A DNA stretch of 55,434 nucleotides, filler included, from Sphacelaria rigidula (Eukaryota): the NCBI GenBank assembly GCA_964200075.2. It is 4 parts of 4 records of this genome, joined end to end, with 100 filler letters (N's around TTAATTAATTAA, not from the genome) between each part and the next. Parts side by side here need not be neighbours in the genome. Positions count along the whole stretch, not along the records: positions 1 to 13,789 come from CAXNAA020002668.1; positions 13,890 to 27,675 come from CAXNAA020002669.1; 2 more parts are not named here. The stretch is one strand, 5' to 3'. How positions within the stretch are numbered: the first letter of the stretch is position 1; each line of letters begins with the position of its first letter. This document shows, piece after piece, positions 1-14,370 of this stretch. The position numbers were made by a program, and so were the translations under genes. The notes below the pieces were generated by a model. That model was given only the letters and a program-made list of their open reading frames with translations, was not told where the DNA came from and did not search any database.

Positions 1-202
1 TAAAACCTCAACCAGCTAACATCGTTTTGGGACACCAGCTCGACACCTTTGACCACGATCAGCAAGCCGCACCACAAGCGAGGACTCTGAACACCCCAGC
101 CTGTGAACCTACGAGAACACCACAAGCCAGTTGTGGTTCTGACAGTATTGCACAGATTACAGTCGGCAAATTATTCTATACTGTGCAAAACAAAATCACC
201 TA

Positions 203-420
203 ACGGTCGACGAGGGAAAGGGACTGCCGAACCCCTCTCGCGATTAAAGAAAAAAGGCAAGCACCGCAGAGGGAAGGTGGAGAACCAAACCAAACATGAA
301 ATAAAAACCTCCCGTGTTGGCCTTCCTCCTGTGTGACCCCGGCTAGCGCCGCCACATATACCGGAAGGTGGAGACCGGCGTTCAGAATAGATGGGGAGAC
401 AACACGATCAACACACTGTG
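203..420 (+). mobile_element. SINE copy, 5'-truncated
   Basis: ggtcgacgagggaaaggga...gcaagcaccgcag...tgtgtgaccccggct...ccacatataccg matches 13210-13410. Confidence 0.82.
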
Positions 421-2584
421 CGCAGTACACTTTTAACATCGTGTTCGTACTGACTTTAAAAATCCTTGTCCAGGGTCTGGTTCATTTCCACTATAATGCA
501 GGGTCTGGTATATTTCCACATGTATGTAATGTTACTCAATGAGATCGTGAAAAACATCCTCAACATTTGGGCGAACTGCAGGTGAGGCAATCGCCGAAAT
601 GATCACCTGCAAACTCTGCTCCAGTGCACTGTAAGCTGACATCGCTAGAAGGACACTACCATAACAACCTTGCCGGCTGCCAGACTGTCAGGACGTAGGA
701 TCCACTAGCATTGCTACTGTCTGTACGAGGATGCTGCCTCCTTGTCGGGTACGTGGGGAAGGGTCCGTGGCAGAACGCAGGGGTCGCGTCAGGCAGCTGC
801 GCGCTGAGCGTTCTCACTCAAGACTTCGATTCGGAAGATGATACTAGGTAGGCAACAGCAACTGCTGTGTGTCCAGGTATCCCTTGGAGAAGGATGCGTT
901 TGGTTTCTGTTTGACAAATGTTTACACAAAAATCGAAACCAATGGGGGTTCAAGAGTGGGAAATACAGAAAAAAAAAGTCGCAAAAATCGAGTCGCAAGA
1001 AATCGGTTAGTCGATTTTTTCCCCGGAGCAGACACCAAATTCACTTCGTGAAATTGGAATGGAAGAAACGTATTGAGCGCCTGAATGTTGGAGGTGTCTC
1101 TATTAGGAGTGGGAACGGTGCTCCGTCTCGAAAAGGATTCGTGGTCAATGGTTAAACGACAAAGGCAAGCAAGAAATGAGTACGCCCCCCCTCCTCCCCC
1201 CTCTTACTCTCCCCACGGGCAATAGACACGTTGCCATGATGTGGCGGAGTAGAAGAAGTAACATAGCTGTCCTGGAAAGCGGCAAATAAAAATGACAGCA
1301 CAGTACAGTATGGTACATAATTACCTCAGCACCGCTGCGGTACACAATGAGCGTAACTGTAGACCGCGGAACGGTATTGCATTATGTTGATCTCACAATG
1401 ACCTGGGCCGGGCATCATAATTTTCTCCTAGTTGACAGGTGATGCGCAGCCTACTCTGAGGAGTTCAGAGCTGAAATTGCGACACGGCATATCTATTATC
1501 AAGACAAGAAACATGTGTCAAGCAATGACGAAAGAAAAAAAATAGAAACTTGGAGCGATTTGAAATTTCAGCGAAAAACAGATATTGTCACAACTCCGAA
1601 AGTTACGAGAACGATTTCCAATTTTGAGCAGAAACTAAATATTGCCATGACTCCATGAAAAGGTAAAAAAAACAGGGTTCACGTGACACACAATTTTTGA
1701 ACTTGCGCGCGGAATATTCTTGAAATTATCGGCTCAAAACTCAGAAAATAGGGCTGCGCGTGCAACTTTATGTGACGCCGCTGAGCCCCCGTGGTTCAAT
1801 AGACAGAGATGCCTCCATTTATGGAGGTCACGAAATCGAATCCAGACATGACATTTTTTGCAGGATCTGGGTTTCATCGTTGAGGAAATTTTATGTACAT
1901 GACACTCTTCTTTCAGTTGAAAAAGACCATCTCGGTACTTCCGCACGAGCTTCTACTGTACCCCCCGAACATGCGAAAGTGGTCTTTTTCGCTCCAGCGT
2001 GGGTTGAGCTTTTCTCCCGTGCCTGTCTCGAACACTTTCCCGCTTCCCTGGACGCTCAGGTGCCGAAAATCAGCGTCAGCACGTCTTTTTTTTCATTCTA
2101 GGAAAAATTCACCATCGGGGATTGGATCGAGTAGAAGCGTTGCAGCCCAGTACCAGGTGTTTCCTTGTTGTGCCCGTGCTCGTTGTAAGTGACAATCGGC
2201 TCGGAGCTCCTCTCCCATGATGGAGCTGCTGACGAGCTCGGTGCCATCTCGCAGCATTCCCACTGTACTCTTGACTGCGCGTCGAAGTTGTCATACGTAA
2301 CTCCACCGCGCTTCACAAAAACAAATAAACTCATAACACGCTCTCACGCTACGAAATCAGACGCACAATGTACTTACATGGTACTTAATGCAGTACAAAA
2401 ACGTCATCGCCAAAACTACGCCAATCGGACAGTTTTGCCCGTGAATAGGGCCCGATTTTTGGGCACTAATATCGGGAAAATGGACCGACGAACTTCAAGT
2501 CAAATGAATGCAGAAGAAATAAGGCCTAAATGAGCCAATCAGTATCAATCACAAGTGCACGCGGCACTCGAAATAACGACGGCG

Positions 2585-3150
2585 TTCATACAAAATGTAC
2601 TCTTGCTATAGTACACTCTACAACAATCCTGTGACTGACGTTGCTGTACACCTGTACACAGGGTTACAACAATAGGAGGATATAAGCTGCCGCTCGTGTT
2701 GTTGTTGTGCCCCTCTTGATGCAGTATGTTGTTGTGCTTATCTTTCAACGCAGATTTCTCGGCAACGAAGCAGAAGATTGGACTGCGGTTTGATGCATGC
2801 GCTTTCCACACACCAGAATCATTCAGTGTGGCAGCAGGTTTCCGTAACACGTGCCGGGGAGGCTGCAGCACTTTGCAAACCGCTGCACCAAACACAAAAT
2901 GTACCAAAAATACGTTTCCTCCAACGCTCTGGGGCTTTTCGGATCCGCTGCAGCGAATTGAGCACCTCCGCCGCCACACTAAGTAGGTATCGTGTGTGTG
3001 CGGGAGGCTGTGAAGTGCCACAGGCCGGTTTGCTTCCTGTCTCGAGAATATGCGATGAAACAATTACAGCTGTCGCATACTGAATCTAGGTAACTTGGGA
3101 TGGAGCGTGTGTTCTATTCGGCAGAGGTTCGGCAGAGGTTCGGCAGAGGT
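2585..3150. repeat. Dispersed repeat family A, copy 1
   Basis: Collinear with 18155-18685 (ctgtacacagggttacaacaa, gattggactgcggtttgatgc, aattacagctgtcgcatact). Confidence 0.85.
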
Positions 3151-3824
3151 CCGCCCAGTCTACGACGTCTTCAATAAATTCTTGAGTATCCTTCCACGTT
3201 CATTCTTTTTTTTGTTGACGAATGATTCTTGGTCGGTAAGGCCTTCATTCACGGGCATAACAGTGGCGAAGCCATGCATAACCAGGTAGTTCCGCAGATC
3301 ACAGCGATATGCTCACATCGGGCTGATTCGGGGTTTTGAATAAGTTGTTGTGTGATGAGGGCTTCTACGTTTTACGACTGGCCCAGCTCGTACGATATGC
3401 CAAATGCGGTTTTATGAAACTGCGGTACGGTAAACGTTGTAAGACATTCCGTTAAAAATCGCGGTAGATACAGCACCTGAATCAACAGCCAATGGCGATC
3501 GCTACAGTCATTGTAGGAGCAAAAGAGCCTCAGAAACTAACCGACGAAAAACAGGCATGGTAAGGGAACTGAAAATAATATATACATGACTCTGACACGG
3601 GTTAATTGTGGAGTTATGTTGTGGCTCTGCCGTACAATGGCGGGCTACCACCTGCCTATAGTAAAACCACGTGTGTCCCGTTAATTTTTATCGCTCACAA
3701 TGAAAAAATGACCTCCTCTGCACGTTCCCATATATTCGACATGATCTTCCAGTTTCAGAGTTTTCCACCAAATATTTCTTTTTCTCACACGTTGCAAAGT
3801 GCTGCGCCATACAGAACATCATGC

Positions 3825-4640
3825 GATTACATGTCCATCGAAATCAACCGCCGTATCAGCGCGGCGTGGGCGCGTATCCGAAAATATAGCTTCCAAGCTT
3901 ACGACCCACCCTACGCTCAGCTCTCCTTGAAAGTCGGGCTGCTTAAAGCGGAGGTGGTGGAAGCTCTGTTGTACGGATGTGCCACATGGACGTTACTGTT
4001 TGAGGACTTCGACAGTCTGCAGACTGCTCATCACAAGCTTTTGCTGCGAGTGGTTGGATTCACAGGAAAGATAGGAATGACTACAAGACTCTTTCGTACA
4101 GAGCGGTGCTCAAGATGACCAACTGCGAACGTATCGAGACGACTATCCGCAAGCGTCAACACTGGTTCGTGCCAGCCCTTGTCCGGCAGAAGGAAACACG
4201 CGTTCCTAAACGCATCATGAACGGACGGTAAACCGCACTAGGACCCAAGGAGGTCGGGCGCCCCCTTGAGAGGAAAACCTCCAAGAAAATCTACGTGCAC
4301 TAGGGGCTGTTCCGCACAAAGAAGCGCGACGGAAATGGTTCGTCTACGGTGTAGAGGCTACCGATGCATACGATTGGGTCACTGCCGCGAAGAACATGGG
4401 CACATGACATATTGGAGTCGAAAAAGTTGCGGAAGAGTTTGAGGATGCGTGGCGACGCGCGAACAAACGAGAGGCTGCGGCGTCGAGGGCCGCCAATCGC
4501 CGAGTCCTGTCTGCTCGTATAGGTTGTTGATTGTATTCTCAGTCGATGGCTTTGCGGTGCTCCCTGGTGTGCGTCTGTATCTACTCTGCTGCCCTGTTTT
4601 TTTTCTTGGCTTCACTTGTGTAGTCTCCTCCCTGTTCTCC
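3825..4640 (+). mobile_element. 5'-truncated, decayed copy of the same LINE family
   Basis: MSIEINRRISAAWARIRKY...LLKAEVVEALLYGCATWTL...HHKLLLRVVG is homologous to 44620-45370; the 3' UTR (4530-4640) resembles 45915-46040. Confidence 0.88.
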
Positions 4641-5769
4641 CTCATTCTCATATTTCTCTCTATATGTGTTATTTCCTGCCGGTGTTTGCCAGAGAAATGT
4701 GGTACCTTGCTTCATTATTTATCTTTGTATATGAGAAGGGCCATATCCGGAATAGAGCGCTTATAGTAGATGAGCTGCAAGCGTCTCCTTTTTACGGCCT
4801 TTGGTTTCCTACGACTATTCGAACCTGCCCTCACAGGCGTTTCGCCGATGCCGGTATCATCTGCTTTGTTTTTGATGTGGAGAACTTGTGCCAAAACTCT
4901 CACTTCCTCGTTTAGAGGTTCGCAATTGCGCGTTTCCGATGTTTTGGAGACAGAATATATCATAGATTGCTCTGCTTTGCATCGCGCGTCTGATTTTCTT
5001 TATATTTTCCTTTGTTATGATGAAAAATGAGCATAATGAGAAATCATGCGCCGTTTGAATCTAGCAAGCTAGGGTGAGAAACATGTGATACCGAGACGGT
5101 AAAACAGCACGCGAACAGACAAGCGATTTCGAGGAGGTCGGCAGTCACGCGCAAGGGGGTATGGGTATTGTCGCCGGTCAAAACGCGGACCGCCTTCCGT
5201 ACGAGAAGGAGAAGAAACAATACAGGGGAAAGCAATTGGTACGTACTGTTGTACTCGTACTAAAAATAACAGCCTGGATTGGTTTTTGAGGCTCAACAAT
5301 TGGGTGAGGTTGAAGAGGCCATCGAAATTTTATTTATTTCGTCCAAAACGCTCGAGATTCGCAAGCGGTTTCGACCATGTAACCCTGACCCAGAAGTTTC
5401 TGCACGGCAGCGGAAGCATGATGATGAGAGGTCCAAGAGAAAAACCACCGTCATTGTGCGGCATCTTTTGAGCAGGACCGGCGTCTAAGCGCCACGGAAC
5501 ACGTAACAAAGCATGCTGAAAACATACTTGTTTGGACTAGCCGTCGAGTTTTTGAGCGCCTCTTGTTGAGTATCTGAGAGAGACTTTGTACTGTTGCGCC
5601 GGCGACGACCGCCGTCAGCGAAACGATCCAATGCGGCGACAGACGCCAGCGATCTTTGAAACGCAGCATCATTCAGCGATCTGCTGAGATATACCAGCAC
5701 ACCAGAGTACAGCACCACTACAGTACAGTCGTTAGTTGGATAAAATGGATGCCCCATGATAAAGCTGCA

Positions 5770-6050
5770 GACCCGCCGCATTTATCAACCTGCGCGCTAA
5801 TCCGGGTTCGTGCCGCAACTTGGATGGCCTGTACATGGGCACGAACAACGTACTTTTTACTTGTGGCCTGTCTTTGCCGCCTGCCTGATCCCTCCGTCGC
5901 CAACATAGCTTCACACCGTAGTGTTGTTGTGGAACATCAAGCAGAGACACAAGTAGCGTGCAGCAGACTGTGCTCAGTGCAGAGCGATGCACGCTCACTG
6001 TTTCTTGCCGCTGAGTCCAGCGAAGATGTATAGGCTGGTTCAGGTTGGAA
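5770..6050. repeat. Dispersed repeat family B (also 9033-9240, and inverted at about 52850-52985)
   Basis: Shared acgtactttttacttgtggcctgtct...tgttgtggaacac/tcaagcagagac...cgatgcacgctcactgttt. Confidence 0.8.
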
Positions 6051-6731
6051 ACCCAAAATTGAGTCCCCGGCAAATATCTTCCGCAATACGCACCCAATAG
6101 TCGCATGCATAGTATCATACTGACCGCAATGAAGAGACGAAAAGGGTGACATAGCCGAATTTTTGTTGAAGGCTACAGCGGTGGCGCTATGGACAAAAAC
6201 ATGTCTCGATCAATCAGCGCCTTTCAAGTTGTTCCGAAATTGAAAAGACGAATTCCGAGCCCAGTTTCCACTCCACATGCTTCAAATCAAAGTAACCGTC
6301 ATCAGCTTGGGAATCTAACGGGGGAGACAGATTTGAAAACCGTTCCAGCGGGGTCGAATTTTGCCCGAAACCGTAAAGTTTCGGTGATGTGGAGCTTTGG
6401 CTTCGTCTGATTTCCACTCATGATACGTACCAAAGACCCACGGAGTCTCGTGACAATCTCCCTTTTATCTGTTGTAGAAGAGCTCAGATCATCCTCAAAC
6501 TTTTTACCCCCAGAACCCGGTACATAATGCCTCAACCCCCGAAATGTTGACGTCTTAGAGCTAGGTGGTATCCCGAGGAACATGTGTACCAATTTTCGTT
6601 GCTCAACTCGAAAAACGTAATCGGCGGGGTCTTGTGCCGTAAAAACAACCCTCAAAAAGGGCGATTTCATATTTCAATCAAGTAATTAGGGGGGCCGGCA
6701 GTTTTCATGCTTCAACGCACGTGTTCGAATT

Positions 6732-7004
6732 TTCTCACGCCGTTTTTTCCAGTTAGACCACGAAATTTTGCACATATGTTTTCGACGGCATTATCTAAAA
6801 CTTGAAGGATGGGCTTTTTTATTTTGTCGTTTGTTGACCGGTTATCCAGGGTCGCGGTTGACCAACTCGACCGGGAGGGGGGGAATCCCAACTATCTCGA
6901 CCCCTAAACCAAAAATAAAAAAGCCCATTCTTCGAGTTTTAGAAAATGCCTCTAAGAACATGTGTGCAAATTTTCGTGGTCCAACTCGAAAAAACGGCGT
7001 GAGG
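6732..7004. mobile_element. Diverged foldback/MITE with arms of about 95 bp
   Basis: ctcacgccgtttttt...ccacgaaattttgcacatatgtt...gggcttttttattttg versus caaaaataaaaaagccc...aacatgtgtgcaaattttcgtgg...aaaaaacggcgtgag. Confidence 0.75.
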
Positions 7005-10000
7005 AATCGCCGGGGACACAATTTCGGGTCTTAAACCCTTTTGGAACCCTTCTGGAGCCCTCCTCTCCTGTCCCCTGGCCAAACGCCTTATTATGAGAAG
7101 CCCTCACGAAGAGGAAAACATGGAAACAGAATAGGCCGACGGCAACCATTAATATATTGGAAGACCGGAGAAGAACGTCCTCCCTGGAAAATCCGCGAAA
7201 TGTTTGTCTAATCATACCACGCAACGGATAAAGTGTGTCCATTTGTAGCCATCGCCATTAATCAGCAAAACCACTATGAACCAATCCATTCGAAAAACAG
7301 CAATGGGCTCCAAGGTCCAGCCAGGCACGTTTGTATATTAGCATTTGTAGATAGGGGAAGCATCGTTTTCACGGGTTGCAGCATAAGGTGGCGAGTTCAT
7401 CAAGCCAAACCGTACATACAGCACAGTATGGCTGAACCAAGCGTAATCTCGTCACCAAATGTGGAATGCACAGTGGGTTGTGCGGGCGGTACATGGCGGG
7501 CGTAATCGCAGGCGTCCGCACAGGCGATTTACATGCACACGGGAGGGAGCCAACGGGCACCGCCTACCGTAATCAGGCCAGATGAAAAACACTACAGTCA
7601 GTAAATACAGTAGGTTTCAGTATTGACTTGCGGCTACACTCCGTGCAAGATAAATATAAGCACGTGAAAAGTCGGCCACGAGAGTAGACAGCACGAGACG
7701 ATAGCGGTAGCCGGCGCCATGAATCTCATGCAGCATGAAGTATGTCGGTGTAACGGTCTGGAACGCTCAACCCGCGGTATAGACTTGCTGGGGCAACTGT
7801 GCCTTTCGCTACGCCGTAGTGTAATAGCCAACCCGCAGTATGATGTTGTCGGCACGTGCTTAGCAGAGCACAGTTCTGTGCATGCCTCGCGTTTTACAGA
7901 GATATTTCAAAATATCATACAGACATAACACGGAGCAGCAAGACATCACCCCTGGAGCGACGGCACTTGGCAGACTCTACACCACTGTGACGGTGCACAA
8001 CTGCAGGGCACATAGCGTCTGCGTCGCCTTGACGCATTTTTTCATACGGCGGGATGGTGCTGTCGGAACGTGCGTGAGCGCAATGTTGTGTATGACGTGA
8101 GTCTGCAGTCGAGGTTACCCCGAACTGCTGTCAACATACCCAGTACTGTACAGGGCAGTATCGCAGCACCCCCGGCGGCATGAAAAGGTGACTGCCTGGG
8201 ATTGTAGTACACCGTCAGTTCATAAATATGGCGAATGTGCCATCGGCGTTGCCCTTGTTGCTACGACGCTGCAAAGAGTATGAACTGCAGCGGGAAGGGC
8301 GTGCAGGTCAGGCGGGAATCATGCTTCACAGAAGCTTGCCGCGCAATTTGGCCGGGGAAGGAGCTCATGAGTGTAGAAAAAAAACGTCGACGGGTTCTGG
8401 ACCTCGCCGCAGCAAAAAAGAGGAAACCTTCCCTTGTTCCACTTGTCACTCACACGGATCTGAAAAATACGCATTGGGCCAAAATGTTTGCGTCTAAGCT
8501 GTGAACCATCAACCATATCTTTCTCAAAAACCGTCAATTGCGAATTATCAACTTCCCATGGTGAGTTCCAAAAGGGTTAACCTGAACCAGCCTGTACAAC
8601 ATACAAGAATCTGATACTTTGTCCGCACTTCGGTGCGGGTGGGTGTAAACTTTTGAGAGTATCTCCTGCAGTCTTTTCTCTCTATTTGCGGAGCATCAAG
8701 TAAACTTGAGGTTACAGACAGTAGGTCGTAGTGTAAATTGTATCATCCGTGTCTAGTCCCAAACCAAATGCAGTATGATTCCTCCACAGGGGCGAGGAAT
8801 TATTTGATCCCACCCCAATTCTGTGCAGACCGAAACACAGCATGCAGCACTACAACAGCTGTTCAGGCACTCTCCAGCGCACATCGCACCGTGATCGTCG
8901 CAGAGTTTTTAGATTCACAACAGCACAGCGACAACTACAGCATAAAAATGATGGGTGTGGGGAGCGCCTTGTTCGTTTGACTCGAGACGAAATAGCCAGT
9001 ATACCATGAAGGTGTCAACAGTGTCTGAAGGGCACCCGCCGCATTTCTCAACCTGCGCGCAGAGCCGGGTTCGTGAATAACGTACTTTTTACTTGTGGCC
9101 TGTCTTCGCCGCCTGCCTGACCCCTCTGTTGCCAACATAGCTTCACACTGTAGCGTTGTTGTGGAACACCAAGCAGAGACACAAGCAGCGTGTAGTAGAC
9201 TGTGTTCAGTGAAGAACGATGCACGCTCACTGTTTTTTGAAACATTTGCGGTAGCTGGTGCAATATCAGCAGCATCTTTCGTTCCAGTAGGTGTACGCGG
9301 CTGTGGGTGGGTCTGAATCAGCCGGTGCCGATACTACCGCTGCTGCTGCCTCTTTTCCTCGTGGGAAAGACGGTCCGCGTTTCGATCGTGCTACGACGCC
9401 CACGCACCTTGCGCAAATGCTACCTACATACGTACACGGGATTCAAGTGTGTGGGAGGGGTCACATTTCGGGGAGTTTTTGAAAAGTTCTGCTTGTTTTT
9501 GAAAAGTTCTGATTGTTTAAAAAAAAGTCCTGCTGTTTTTTTTTCAAAGTTCTGATTGGTTCTTGAAAAGTTCTGATTGGTTGTAAAAACATTTTCTGAA
9601 AAAACGAGGCAGTTTTCTGTCACAGAAATCCAATGCCGAATCTGAAATGGCCTGAGACGACAACCAAATCGAAAATTGGAATTTCAGCAGATATCCGCGT
9701 TTCAAGTCTCTGACGAGGGTTCGAATTTTTCGCTTCAGGATTCGACACCAACGGCGTCAGCCACCAATGGTGAATACCTAAACGTCCCTCAGGAAGAGGG
9801 GCGATTTCCGTCGTTGCACAGCAGCATGTTTGATCTCAGTGATATCTAAAATACTGTGCGTTTCGTATCTTGTGCAGAGCCGACCTGAGGAAATGTATGT
9901 AAACAATGGTTGGTACTATGGAGATGCCGCCAATTCTGACGCTAACCCTAACCCCGACCAAGGCATACATACCGAGAACCCTAGGGGAAGGGGGTGCAGA

Positions 10001-10729
10001 GCGTTCCCAAGGCAAAGCGTGCGTTGCCAGAGCTCATATCGACGTCTTTCAGCTGATTTTCGATCAACACACGTTCTGGACGAGCTGGGTCTACTGCTCA
10101 CCACTGCTCACCTGCCCCAGACCATATTTTTCTCAGAACCTTCTTCAGTCTGAAATCAAGCAAAATCGAGTACCAAACATTGTTCACGTACATTTCCTTA
10201 GGTCTACTGGTTGTGCACTCGGTTTCGCGATACGTCTGTGGGTGACGTCATGGAACGTCGGCACGCGAAGCCAATTCAATAACCATCCTTCATACTTGAT
10301 ATTCACCTTTTTTCATCAAATGTATACAGCTGACGCATCCCACGCAGAAACTCCGGAAACGAGCGCAACGAGAAACAACAACCAGAGGCAATATACAACT
10401 GTATGTGTGTGCGATCAGATACATTCACTGTATGTTCACGATGAACATCACTAGTCTGGCAGAAATTGAACGAAACACGTGGGAAAAGGTTGCCCGAGAT
10501 GTATGCACGGATCCTTCAGTATCGTCGAGGATACCTCTCAATCACAGGTCGAACACCGTCGCACATTTGCACATCATTCTACAGTACGGCACCAGCGTTT
10601 AACGGCACAACATCGTGTGGCACCAACATCTCGCGTCGGTTGATATAGTAGTCAGCACCAGGAGTTTGCGGAAATTGTAGTTGTTTTAGGTCCTGAGGTT
10701 TCCTCGAGTACTGTTCTTCATAAGTATTT

Positions 10730-11210
10730 GGAAGTGCTAGCGTCGATATATTTAGGGGGAAAGCGTAGGCCGGGTTCAAACGATAGTGCCCAAGTCGGTG
10801 TTTTTGGGGCGATACGGACTAGATACCTCGTTTATCCGGAGGGTGTTGTTGACCGTTTTTTGTCCAATAAAAACAGTTTTTCGGCTCTTTCTCAGCGAAT
10901 CGGTAGATTATCAGATAAATGAATATACATACAATTCTTCAAAATAATGATCGAAATCGTATTTCCCCCCTATACTGCGCAGACCCCAGTCCAGCATTTT
11001 CCGTGGATGGCTTCTTGTCGGAATTTTCTCGCAAACTATTCTCCATAGTAAAAGTGTTAGCGTCGATAGTTTCGGCAAAAAAAGAGGACCGCGCTCAAAT
11101 CACAATGCCCAAGTTGGTATTGCGGGGGCAATACGGCGTAATGGCCCAGTTTATCAGGAGGGTGTTATTGACCGTGAATGGTCCAAGAAACATAGTTTGC
11201 CGGCTCTAGC
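10730..11210. repeat. Diverged tandem duplication, period about 320 bp
   Basis: aagtg.tagcgtcgata...tgcccaagt.ggt...gtttatc.ggagggtgtt.ttgaccgt occurs twice. Confidence 0.65.
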
Positions 11211-11480
11211 GCAGTGAACAGGTGGAATTCCAGAAACTATATATTTTTCATGTATTCACATACATGATCGGGATCGAGTCGGTCCACCGAAAATACCAAA
11301 AAGCTAGAACTTGGGACTGCACTTCCGCAGATCCTCCGAAGATTGGTCAAACCCGTAAGGCACTCGATAATGATTGCAGATTTTCTTCTTCGAACCTTTG
11401 TCAAGAGGACTACAATATCACCAGATTCCCATTTTCTAACATTTACCATTCACTGTGACGAGCGGTGGCAAGCGAAATTT

Positions 11481-11503
11481 TATTATTATTATCATTATTT
11501 TTA

Positions 11504-11567
<64 letters not shown>
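11481..11567. repeat. (ATT)n microsatellite
   Basis: Direct reading. Confidence 0.95.
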
Positions 11568-11568
<1 letters not shown>

Positions 11569-13043
11569 CTCATTTATCTTATTCATTAATAGCGTAATGT
11601 CGCTGGCTCCCACACTGCCAACCAGTACGAGGGTGTCCGGTTTACCCACGCTGTAGCCAAGATACAAATGATCCTTATCGGAACAGTAGTTTGTACCAGA
11701 CTCAGACTGAAGAGGACAGAATTGCCACTCCTCTCTGACGTCCTGTAGAACCAGGCCGGAAAATGCTCCGGTATATACGGTCAAATTTTATCGATACCCA
11801 TAGAATTTGAAAACGGGGTAGTCTGGACACTACAGATACGACACACTGCACCCGTGCACAGCAATCAAGTGTTTTTTGTCAGCATCGCAAAACACTGTAC
11901 TGTCACCTAACGTGGGCACCCATCGCCCAACAATGGGGGGTCCGACGCACGTGGGCTGCTAGAACACGGTAGGTGACTGGTGGGAAAAGCGTAGTGCGCT
12001 GCTGTCGAACGCTTTGTCATCTTACTGCCTGGTGGTTGTTCCCGCCCTGGGTTTGAAAGTGATTAGTATATTGTGTTCTGAGCACCGGACGTTCTCTAGA
12101 AAGGAGGTCGCTTTCCATCCCAGATTTGAAGCGCAGTGCACAGCGCTCAGGGACAGTGATGCACAGTAATTCAGTGCATTTTAGTAAGCATAACAAAGCA
12201 CCGGACAGCTAAACCGGACACCCATCGGCCGATAACGGGGGGTTCGACGTACGTGCGCTGCTAGAACGTAGTGTGATGTGTGCTCTCCGCCCTTATCTAT
12301 TTACCCGACTGCGCTGTGTACGAGTAAGGTGGAATGTTGAGCTCTATACTCTCTTATGGATATATTCATGTTCCTCTGTACACTGTTGTACTGGTTGTAC
12401 CGTATGTAATACCTGCCACCTCCGAACCAAAACATCCGCCGTTGGAAAGAAGACAGTCTATGACTGCATCTACAATAAATCTTGTTGCACAAACACGACT
12501 AGCCCTAATCTACCATCTCACGGGTTGTAGAAAGGAGGAGCACTGTGTAGAGACTAGCAAGACCTTCACCCACCTTGCCCGGAGGTTATCAGTTTGCCTT
12601 TGTTGGGGTGAGGGTGAGGGTTACGATACGACAGTAGTACAGGAAAGAACACAGCTAGCTGCATAGACTTGGCGAGGGATACTCGCGGCTCTCTCATGTG
12701 TGTCAGTGTGTGTGTACATACTTTCAAATCAAGACAACTAACTACGGATAAACATCTCTGTACAGTATTGCGAAAGTTGAAACTGTAAGCACTATCAAAT
12801 CAGGACGATGGCGGAGGAACCTCTCTGGATCAGGAACAATCATTTGGTGTAGTGTTTGAATATTGGCAGCCCACAAGCGTGTGCCACAGGTTCAGCGGCG
12901 CCGCACCGTCCCAACATGAGCGAGTTCCTTTACTTGTGTATTTACAATAGACGCAATAGTCGACACTGTTGTCTGTACGCCGTGTACTCCTTGACATTGC
13001 CATACGTTCTCCAGGGTGTGGATTTTCCTCACACCGTATGTAA

Positions 13044-13410
13044 GCCGGTTGCCTCCGTAGCTCAGCTGGTGACCTCGGAACCTTCTGAAGGTTGTGCTGT
13101 GGGTTCGAATCTCGGTGCAGTCACATGGTCTGAGATTTTTCTCACACAATGCCCAACAGTGGAGAGCGACTCTGTCGGGGGTACACAAGAGTTCAAAAAC
13201 TCGACTTCTTGGTCGACGAGGGAAAGGGATTGCTGGACCCCTCTAGCAATAAAAAATAAGGCAAGCACCGCAGAAGAAAGGTGGAGTACTAGGAGGAAAG
13301 AAAAAAGGCTCTTGTGTTGGCCTTCCTTCTGTGTGACCCCGGCTGATGCGCCCACATATACCGAAAGGAGCAGACTGGCGCCCAGAAAAGATGGAATGAC
13401 AACACACACA
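13044..13410 (+). mobile_element. Apparently full-length tRNA-derived SINE
   Basis: Pol III A box TAGCTCAGCTGG (13058-13069), B box GGTTCGAATC (13102-13111), body shared with other copies in the window, (CA)n tail. Confidence 0.85.
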
Positions 13411-13789
13411 TAGAGGGGAAGGGATCTCTGAAGAACCCTTTTCACGAATAAAAGGGAAGGCAAGCAGCGCAGAAGGAACGCAGACTTCACGAAACAAAAT
13501 CAAAACTTTGGCCTTGCTGTGTGAAAGTCTCGTGTCTTGCCAGTAGTATGTGTCTCTCTGTCTTCAAAATATTGACGAGAATAGGAGCAATACCCTGTAG
13601 TAGCGGTCGGTCGCCCCGGTGGCTTCACCCTTTTGGAACTCACAATGGAAAATTGATCATGTGCAATTGACGATTTGTGAGCAAGATATGGTTGATGATT
13701 CATAGCTTAGATGCTACAATTTCACAGGGCTTGCGAGTTCGATTCAGTAATTATTATTCCGATGCCAGGAGAAGGTGGTCACGAAGTGG

Positions 13790-13889
13790 NNNNNNNNNNN
13801 NNNNNNNNNNNNNNNNNNNNNNNNNNNNNNNNNTTAATTAATTAANNNNNNNNNNNNNNNNNNNNNNNNNNNNNNNNNNNNNNNNNNNN
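13790..13889. other. Artificial contig spacer N44-TTAATTAATTAA-N44
   Basis: Six-frame stop linker inside Ns. Confidence 0.98.
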
Positions 13890-14219
13890 GCCAACCCCAT
13901 CGGGGGTCCGCCCCTACAAAGCCGGGATGGAGCACGCCGGGTTCTCGCCGGACCAGGCTAAGTAGGGGGGGGTGCTCCACGTTCCCCCGATATGCGGTCC
14001 AGATTGGGGATTTTAGTGCGAGAATCGAAAATCCGGATCTAGGCTCTCCCAATCTGGGCCATCTTCGGGTCCATGGGAAATGACTTCCGAATATGAGCTC
14101 CCCCGAGATACACAGAGATGTAGAGTTGTCTCGCCATCAAAATAAGACTCAGCCCCGCCCCCCCCATTCCTCGCCACCGGGGATAAAATTTCTTCATTCC
14201 TTCCCCAGACACGATGGGA

Positions 14220-14370
14220 GAGGGGGAGACGTAGTCATGTGTTGCTTGCCTTAGTCGTTCGGCCACTGACCGCGCATCCATTTCGAAACGGAGCATCATT
14301 TTCTCTCCTTGTAGAGAAACCTCCAACACTTGAGCGCTCATTACGCTTCTTCCATACACTACGCATGGGC
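14220..14370. repeat. Dispersed repeat (second copy about 29640-29790)
   Basis: Shared gtcat.tgttgcttg.ct.agtcgt...agaga.acctccaaca.ttg.gcg.tcat; the minus-strand translations are also similar. Confidence 0.65.

Noticed and set aside
13050-13125. tRNA gene
   Set aside because: A and B boxes are present, but there is no convincing cloverleaf and it continues into a multi-copy SINE body.
13834-13845. TTAATTAATTAA motif recurring about every 13.9 kb
   Set aside because: Artificial six-frame-stop linker.
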